A stretch of DNA of 64,000 bases from Planctomycetota bacterium (GTDB lineage: Bacteria > Planctomycetota > PLA2 > JAEUHO01). The stretch's first letter is position 1. Each line of letters starts with the position of its first letter. Position numbers and translations under genes: made by a program. Of this stretch, positions 57,572-64,000 are shown one piece after another. The DNA lies in NCBI GenBank assembly GCA_965223505.1, contig CBDCWP010000021.1:64001-128000 (forward strand). The letters are read 5' to 3'. The notes beneath the pieces were generated by a model. The model saw only the letters and a list, made by a program, of their open reading frames with translations, did not search any database and was not told the origin of the DNA.

Positions 57572-60500
57572 TCATCGCAGATCGTTCCAGAGCACACGGC
57601 GGACTTCCGTAGCGCCGGCGTCCAGAGTCAAGCGCGTCTCGGCCTCCAACCGGCCACGTCGCTCACCGGAGTCCTGAAGAAAGAGCCCAAGATCCCACTC
57701 GTGAACCCGCGGCGCGTGCCCACCGGTGAAAATCGTCACTCCATCAGGATCGGCGACGACGTCGCGGATCGCCCCGATACCTGCGTCAAGAATCGCAATC
57801 TCGGATCCGAGCTCCGCATTCCAGATGCGAACGGTTCCGTCACGGCTCCCCGAAAGGAGCATCGATCCGTCGCCTGAGACCACGAGTGCCTCGACGTAGC
57901 TCTCGTGTCCCTCCATGGTTCGGATCACGCGGCCGGACGCCCTGTCCCAGATCTTGATGAGCGTGTCGGTCGTTCGAAGGACTGGGCTCTTTTCGTCGGG
58001 CACACCTCTCCCACCACCTGCCGAGTAGATTCGTTTCCCGTCGATCGAGACTGCGATCGCGCCGATCCCACCGGTATGCGCGTTGGGCCATACAGTTGGC
58101 TGCGCGCTTGCGAGGTCCCATCGGACGATCGCGCCCCTTCGTGTTCCGGTAATGAGCTCGCGCTCATCTTCGCTCAATGTGAGGCAGGCGACGGGACCCC
58201 ACTCGCCCTCGAACGTTCGCTGTAGCTCGTCTCGCGAGAGGTTGAATTCGTAGGTGTTCCCGCCTCTCCCGCCGGCATACAGACGCGAACCGTCTCGCAG
58301 CGTCGCCAGATCCAGAACCACGTCCGAGTCCGCACCGACATCCAAATACAGTCCCGATGCAGCTCCCTTCTTGGCGAGATCGACGACGCCGACGAGAACC
58401 GGCCCCGCTGCGGGCGTATCCAGGCCCTCGACGGGAACCGGGTCGCAAGCACTTGCGGCGTCGGCGGCCCACGCCCCTTCGTAGAGTCGCCGACCATCGG
58501 AGGAGACTAGGATCGCTCGCCCATCCACCGCAGAACATGCTCCGGAGCTGACCTCCGACCCCTTCACTTCCTCCGCCGGCGCGCCGGAGCCCAAATCGAA
58601 TCGATACGTAGCCGTCCTTCCGAAGGACTCGTAGGCTCCAGCAAACACGCCGCCTACAGCGCCGGACGCGACATACAGATCCGATCCGTCGGGTGACAAA
58701 GCCAGGTTGAAAGTGGCACTTGGGGCTCCCATGCCGCCGCGCGCGGTGATCTCGCTGACGCGCGGCCTGCCTCGATCGAACGACCACTTGTAGACTGCCC
58801 GATCGACGCGGCCGGCGGAGAACAGAGTGCCATCCGCCGAGTAGGCGACGCCGGAAACCCATCCGTCATGGCCGTCGAGGGCGTGAATCAGCGCACCGGT
58901 TTCGACCTGCCAGACGCGAACGGAGGGGAGGCGGGATCCGCTGGCGAGTGGGGAGCTACAGCCGGAAACGAGGATCTCTGCGTCGGCTGAGAGCGCCAAG
59001 CATGAGACGGGGCCGGAGTGATCCTTCAAGACACGTAGCGTGGACGCTGTTTGGGTGTCCCAAATACGGACCTGTCGATCGGCAGCACCCGAGAAGAGTC
59101 GGTTGCCACTGCACACCAGGACGTTCGCCGGAGCAGTGTGCCCTTCCAAGCGTGCGACGAGTTCTCCACTCTCGGCGTCGAGTGCCAGGATGACGAAGGT
59201 GTCGCCTCCGACGCGTCGCTCGTGCGGCTCGATCGATGCGGAGTGCGTCCCCTCTGGGAACTTCCACTTCTGTGGCTTGGGCGGCTCTTTCGTGGGCTCG
59301 CCAACTGGAACCGGCGGATGCTGCTCAAAGTGCAAGACATGAAGTGGCATACCGGACCATCGGCCTGTACCGCTGAAGATCTGCCCCTTGCCGTTTAGCC
59401 CGAGTGCTGTTACCGGCCGATCCTGCGTGGCAACGAAGAACGGCTCCTTCGTTTCCTTTGTCAGCTCCCAGCCACGGATGACACCGAGGTCGTTGCCGGC
59501 ATAGAGCCGCTTCCCGTCCCCTGAAACGACGAGGGCCGTGATCGTATTGCTCATCTTCCCGACGGACCGCAGTTCGCTTCCGCTGTCGATGGACGCGATC
59601 CAGACTCGACCCGACGACGCGCAGACGTACTCGCCTCCGCGCCCTGGAATCAAGGTGATCAAGCGCGGGGTCTCCGAATGGGAGCGATGCGCTTCGCGCG
59701 CCGGCGTTCCCCTGCCTGCATCCCAAAAACGAACGACACCGAGCGCATCGAGCGACAGCACCCAGTCTCGTTCTCTACAATACGCGATGCGCATTACCGC
59801 GCCTTGGTGCCCCGCAGCAACGGCGGTCGCCTCGTCGAGTGTCTGGACGTCGAGCAAGCGAAGTGCATGATCCGGATGCGACGTCACGAGGCGCGATCGC
59901 GTTCTCGACACCGCCAACGGGACTGCTCCTTCAACGGGCTCCGGATTGGAACGCTTGGTGAGATCCCACCGGAGGACCAACGGATCTCTGTTCGATGCTG
60001 CGAAGAGGTACCTCCCATCGGGGGACGTGACAAGCGACCGAACCCCGCCCTCCCGGCCCTCCAACGTTCCTGCCAGCCGAGCGGACCGCCAGTCCCAGAC
60101 CTGTACAGGCGGCACCGCGTCGGCCTCGACGCGGAACCCCACGAAGAGCTCGTCGCCATCCGGTGAGAGCGCAACGCTCGATACGATGCCGGCGCCTACG
60201 TCGATCGTCTGAATCGGTCGTCTCTGTCTCGTAGACCAGATGGTCACGGCCCCGGTTGCACCGACGAACAAATGCTCGCCGTCATCGGAGATACAGATTG
60301 CCCGCGAGCGGAAGCTCTCTAGCAGCGGGTCACGGCTTCCCGAGAGTCCCTCGATTCGCCAAGCATGTTCGTGCTTCTCGAGGTCCCACACGTGGACGGT
60401 GCTTCCATACGGATCTTCGTAGGGGCTTCCCGATTCGCTGCCACCGGCGTCGAGCGCGTACAACAGGTGTCCCTTCAATTCGACATCGAGCACCAGACCA

Positions 60501-62281
60501 GTGAATCCCTCGATCGTATCCACGACCCGAAGGGTCTCGAGATTCCACACGCGAATCAGGGAGATTCCGCCCGAGTCTCCTCCGGTGTAGAGGTGTTTGC
60601 CATCGACCGCAATGGCTCGAATCTCTGACTCATGAGCTTGCATTTCCAACACATTGCGCCCCGTCGTCACGTCCCACGCTCGAATCTTGCCATCAGCGCA
60701 ACCCACGAACAGGGTCTCCTCGTCCTTGCTGAATGCGGCGCACAGTGCCAGAAATCCGGCGCCAAGCGGTTGAAACGTGGGGAACTGTCGTTGAGCGGCA
60801 ATGCTCAGCGCCGCCCAACCTTCCCGCGTCTTCCCAATGCTCAACGACTCCGCCGCAGCGAGGTGCGCCGCCGCGTGTCGCTGGCCGTGAAACAGCGCAT
60901 TCGAGAGTTCAGCGTAGGCATGGGCAAGACTCTCGCGAGCGCTGTTTCGTGCCTTCTGGGCGTCCTCTCTTTGCCGCTCGGCTTCTCGCTTCCCTGCAGC
61001 CAACACGTTTCCGATGATCACTGCGCCGACTGCGATTACGGCGAGCGCTGCGATGGAGACACGCTTTAGTAGCTGACGTCGTGTCGCGGCATCACGCTCG
61101 ACCAGGCCACGGTCACTCAGCTCCTCGATCCGCTTGAGACGAGCGATACTCCTGGAATTGCCCGGGTCTAGTTGAAGGATGCGGTGCGATGGCGCGCGGG
61201 CGCGCTCGAGCTGCCGCAGTAGCTCTCCACCTTGAAGCCCTTCAGCGCCATCCAACGCCGATCGCGCTTCACGGGACAGGGCGTCGATCTCCTTGCCTAG
61301 TCGATCTGCAGCCTGCCACGCACGTACTGCGTCGACGAACTCACCCGCGCTCGCCGGCCGCTCTCGCGGGTCACGCGAGAGGGCGGCGACGCAGACGCCG
61401 GAGAGCGCTTCGGGTACGGCGGGATCAACATGCGCCGGTGGGACTACGTCTTGCGTGGACACTCGACCGACGTACTCCGCAAACGTCCGGAACTCGAAGG
61501 GACGCTTGCCCGTGAGCACCTCGTACAGGACTACCCCCATGCTGTACACGTCGCTACGAGCATCGACCTCGTCGATGCGACCCTGCGCCGCCTCCGGCGA
61601 CATGTAGCCCGGCGTGCCGAGTATTCCGGTGGCAGTTTGCAAGTCGTCGGTGGATTGGTACTGCTCGATACGCTGCGCGAACAGAGTTTCGACGAGGTCT
61701 TCTCGCTGGCGCAGCTTCGCGAGGCCCCAGTCGAGCACCACGACCTCGCCGAAGTCGCCCAGCGCGATGTTCGCGGGCTTGAGATCTCTGTGAATCACAC
61801 CTTGCTCGTGAGCGTAGTGGAGCGTGTCGCCCACCTTGAGGAGAGTCTCGATGAGTGAGAGGCGCTCTCCCAATTCCTGCACTCTCGAAGCCTCGAGCTC
61901 CTTCTCGAGAGTCCGGTTGCCTCGGACGAAGCGCATCGTGTAGTAGGGCACACGATTCGGCGTCCGACCCAGCTCATACACCGGCACGATGCCCGGGTGC
62001 TCCATCAACCCAGTCACCCTTGCCTCTTGTAGGAAGCGCTGTTCATGCTCTGCGTAGCGGTCGGATCCGCTGCCCGTAGGTGGCTCGACCTCTACCGGGG
62101 TGGTCGGCGTGTAGCCGGCTTGGTCGCGACCGTGAGGGCGCATGATCTTGAATGCAACTTCGCGATTGAGCACTGTGTCGACCGCGAGATAGACGATTCC
62201 CATGCCACCTTGGCCGGTTGCCTTGAAATTGACGTACCGGTCGTCGCGAAGGTCCTTGAGAGGATCGCTATCACTCTGCAT
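57572..62281 (-). CDS. Ser/Thr protein kinase with TM helix and many WD40 repeats
   Basis: [22 protein letters not shown] and GTPGYMSPE, then repeated GH...WD/WN units (e.g. GHESYVEALVVSGDGSMLLSGSRDGTVRIWN). Confidence 0.92.
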   Translation of the reverse strand: MQSDSDPLKDLRDDRYVNFKATGQGGMGIVYLAVDTVLNREVAFKIMRPHGRDQAGYTPTTPVEVEPPTGSGSDRYAEHEQRFLQEARVTGLMEHPGIVPVYELGRTPNRVPYYTMRFVRGNRTLEKELEASRVQELGERLSLIETLLKVGDTLHYAHEQGVIHRDLKPANIALGDFGEVVVLDWGLAKLRQREDLVETLFAQRIEQYQSTDDLQTATGILGTPGYMSPEAAQGRIDEVDARSDVYSMGVVLYEVLTGKRPFEFRTFAEYVGRVSTQDVVPPAHVDPAVPEALSGVCVAALSRDPRERPASAGEFVDAVRAWQAADRLGKEIDALSREARSALDGAEGLQGGELLRQLERARAPSHRILQLDPGNSRSIARLKRIEELSDRGLVERDAATRRQLLKRVSIAALAVIAVGAVIIGNVLAAGKREAERQREDAQKARNSARESLAHAYAELSNALFHGQRHAAAHLAAAESLSIGKTREGWAALSIAAQRQFPTFQPLGAGFLALCAAFSKDEETLFVGCADGKIRAWDVTTGRNVLEMQAHESEIRAIAVDGKHLYTGGDSGGISLIRVWNLETLRVVDTIEGFTGLVLDVELKGHLLYALDAGGSESGSPYEDPYGSTVHVWDLEKHEHAWRIEGLSGSRDPLLESFRSRAICISDDGEHLFVGATGAVTIWSTRQRRPIQTIDVGAGIVSSVALSPDGDELFVGFRVEADAVPPVQVWDWRSARLAGTLEGREGGVRSLVTSPDGRYLFAASNRDPLVLRWDLTKRSNPEPVEGAVPLAVSRTRSRLVTSHPDHALRLLDVQTLDEATAVAAGHQGAVMRIAYCRERDWVLSLDALGVVRFWDAGRGTPAREAHRSHSETPRLITLIPGRGGEYVCASSGRVWIASIDSGSELRSVGKMSNTITALVVSGDGKRLYAGNDLGVIRGWELTKETKEPFFVATQDRPVTALGLNGKGQIFSGTGRWSGMPLHVLHFEQHPPVPVGEPTKEPPKPQKWKFPEGTHSASIEPHERRVGGDTFVILALDAESGELVARLEGHTAPANVLVCSGNRLFSGAADRQVRIWDTQTASTLRVLKDHSGPVSCLALSADAEILVSGCSSPLASGSRLPSVRVWQVETGALIHALDGHDGWVSGVAYSADGTLFSAGRVDRAVYKWSFDRGRPRVSEITARGGMGAPSATFNLALSPDGSDLYVASGAVGGVFAGAYESFGRTATYRFDLGSGAPAEEVKGSEVSSGACSAVDGRAILVSSDGRRLYEGAWAADAASACDPVPVEGLDTPAAGPVLVGVVDLAKKGAASGLYLDVGADSDVVLDLATLRDGSRLYAGGRGGNTYEFNLSRDELQRTFEGEWGPVACLTLSEDERELITGTRRGAIVRWDLASAQPTVWPNAHTGGIGAIAVSIDGKRIYSAGGGRGVPDEKSPVLRTTDTLIKIWDRASGRVIRTMEGHESYVEALVVSGDGSMLLSGSRDGTVRIWNAELGSEIAILDAGIGAIRDVVADPDGVTIFTGGHAPRVHEWDLGLFLQDSGERRGRLEAETRLTLDAGATEVRRVLWNDLR

Positions 62282-62435
62282 CGGCGTCCCCGGGAAGTCG
62301 AGTTCACTGGACTCGGCACCCTACCAATTGCATCTGAGTCCGGGAAGTGGGTTTGACTGCCAGCAGGAGCCTGCTGGCGAGCATGGTCCTCCACTCGTAG
62401 AATGCGCTTTCTAATTCGGTCGGGGGGCCTCGAGG

Positions 62436-63185
62436 ATGGCAGGCGGAACAAACAAGGCGACGTGGTGGAACACCGCCATGACTGCGTACGCGGCATCCGT
62501 AGCCCTTGGCGGGTTAGCCGGATACTGCTATCTGTCGGCACCGCCAACTGTCGCAACGCTCGCCACTTCCCTTCTCGCAGCCGTGGTCGGCGGGTTCGCA
62601 TACGCACTTCTCGAAGTTCGGACAGGTGGCCGTCGAATTCAGGCTCGTCCGGTTTGGATCGGTGCCGTCGCGACGTTCGCGTTGGCTTGTGGTGCGGTGG
62701 TTCACCTGCTGGGCGCCGATACTGCTCCGGACCAGCCAGAGCCTTCGTATCCACCCATGGTCGAAATGTTGGATCTGAAGCACGCATCGGCGGACGAGCT
62801 CGCGCTGCTCTACCAGATGCGCTGGCACATGCAGAATCAGCGTGTGCCCGAACAGGAGGCGATCTCCTTCTTCCGAGACGTAGTCGGCGGGCTACGGCAG
62901 GCACCCGCGGAACAGAGGCTCCTGGCGCTGAAGCACCTCCTCGCAAACCTGTCTCCCGATGCGGCGAAGCGTCTCGGCATCAAGGGCGAAGATGTCGGTC
63001 GCGCACAAGAAGGCAGTCCGTATCGAGGCTTTCTGCCTCCGCCTCCCGGCTCCTGCGGCGGCGTTTGCGGAAAGTCGCCAGCCGCCTCGACCTGTGGGTC
63101 GTGTGGCGGCAGTTGCGGCTCGTCATGCGGTGGAACCGGAGGGGCGGCCCCCGTCGCGTCCTGCGGTGGCAGCGGCGGGTCGTGA
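62436..63185 (+). CDS. Hypothetical membrane protein with C-terminal Cys/Gly/Ser-rich tail
   Basis: About three hydrophobic helices, and a tail GSCGGVCGKSPAASTCGSCGGSCGSSCGGTGGAAPVASCGGSGGS. Confidence 0.65.
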   Translation: MAGGTNKATWWNTAMTAYAASVALGGLAGYCYLSAPPTVATLATSLLAAVVGGFAYALLEVRTGGRRIQARPVWIGAVATFALACGAVVHLLGADTAPDQPEPSYPPMVEMLDLKHASADELALLYQMRWHMQNQRVPEQEAISFFRDVVGGLRQAPAEQRLLALKHLLANLSPDAAKRLGIKGEDVGRAQEGSPYRGFLPPPPGSCGGVCGKSPAASTCGSCGGSCGSSCGGTGGAAPVASCGGSGGS

Positions 63186-63203
63186 GGTTGACGAGCGCAA
63201 CCC

Positions 63204-64000
63204 GTGAAGGTTGTCATCGAGGTGATCTCCGGCCCCGACGCAGGCGCGTCGTTTGAATTCGAAGGCGGCCAGTCATTCGTTCTGGGCCGGGCGACACAGG
63301 ATGGTCAGGGGCTCAAGCTGCCCAAGGATCCGTATTTTTCGCGCTACCACATGCTCTTCGAGTTCGCACGGGACGGGTGCGTCGTGCGTGATCTCAGGAG
63401 CCGAAACGGCGTCTTTGTCAACGGCGTGCGCGTCGCCGACGCCGTGCTCGCAGACGGTGACGAGATCGAGGCGGGCAGGACGAAGATGCAGATCACCATT
63501 CGCGGCACACTCGAGCTTGCGACGCAGAGACCGGAGCGCTACGACGTAGGATCTTCCGTCGGACAGTTCGAGATCGGAGAAGTCATCGGCGAAGGGGCAT
63601 TCGGGCGTGTCTATGACGCGCATACGGCGGGCGACCCAAAACCGATTGCACTGAAGATCCTGCGATCGGAAGGAGCTCTCGACGACGATCTCAAGGACTA
63701 CTTCGTCCGGGAAATCAAGGTGATGTCGGAGCTCGATCACCCGCATGTGGTCAAGGCGCTTGGAGCGGGGAGACACCGTGACGACCTGTGGCTGGCCATG
63801 GAGAAGATCGATGCGCCAAATCTCGAGACGATCGTCGAGTCGTCAGGAACACTCGCCGTCGCCGACGCCGTCGAGATCGGAACGCACCTGCTCGAAGCGG
63901 TTCTTTACGCCCACGCCAAGGGGATCGTCCATCGCGACGTGAAGCCGAGCAACGTTCTTGTTTCGGGCGAGCCCGGCTCGTATTGGGCCAAGATCGGTGA
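63204..64000 (+). CDS. FHA domain + Ser/Thr protein kinase, truncated by the right edge and absent from the ORF track
   Basis: Manual translation from GTG 63204 gives LGRA...FSRYH...DLRSRNGVFVNG...DGDEIEAG (FHA), then IGEGAFGRVY, IALK, HPHVV and HRDVKPSNVL. Confidence 0.9.
   Translation, partial: MKVVIEVISGPDAGASFEFEGGQSFVLGRATQDGQGLKLPKDPYFSRYHMLFEFARDGCVVRDLRSRNGVFVNGVRVADAVLADGDEIEAGRTKMQITIRGTLELATQRPERYDVGSSVGQFEIGEVIGEGAFGRVYDAHTAGDPKPIALKILRSEGALDDDLKDYFVREIKVMSELDHPHVVKALGAGRHRDDLWLAMEKIDAPNLETIVESSGTLAVADAVEIGTHLLEAVLYAHAKGIVHRDVKPSNVLVSGEPGSYWAKIG

Noticed and set aside
62359..62378. Hairpin GCCAGCAG-GAGC-CTGCTGGC as an intrinsic terminator
   Set aside because: It lies between divergent gene starts and has no U-tract. 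It could be an operator, but nothing supports that.

Overview
A GC-rich bacterial window of about 40 CDS. The gene content (TPR/WD40 Ser/Thr kinases with an ECF sigma factor, DUF1573, DUF1800/DUF1501, an FGE-domain protein) suggests a Planctomycetota-like organism, which is an inference. I found no rRNA, tRNA, CRISPR array, integrase or transposase. Main observations: (1) Two ORFs that the track splits (53140-52949 and 52867-52145, minus) form one frame interrupted by two adjacent in-frame TGA codons at the thioredoxin CxxC position. A SECIS-like hairpin with a GGUC loop follows, so this is a candidate exported selenoprotein with vicinal Sec-Sec. (2) A qNOR-family gene carries the His->Asn and Glu->Gln active-site swaps of putative NO dismutases (Nod). 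(3) There are three paralogous exported DUF1800-DUF1501 modules with two Ig + PQQ-propeller lipoproteins that lack the catalytic His, and both operons have long structured leaders. (4) An MqnD homologue has a histone-H1-like tail and degenerate motifs. (5) GTAG-family REP doublets are fused to TAG stop codons and bracket the selenoprotein cassette. All calls come from motif recognition by eye; no searches were run.
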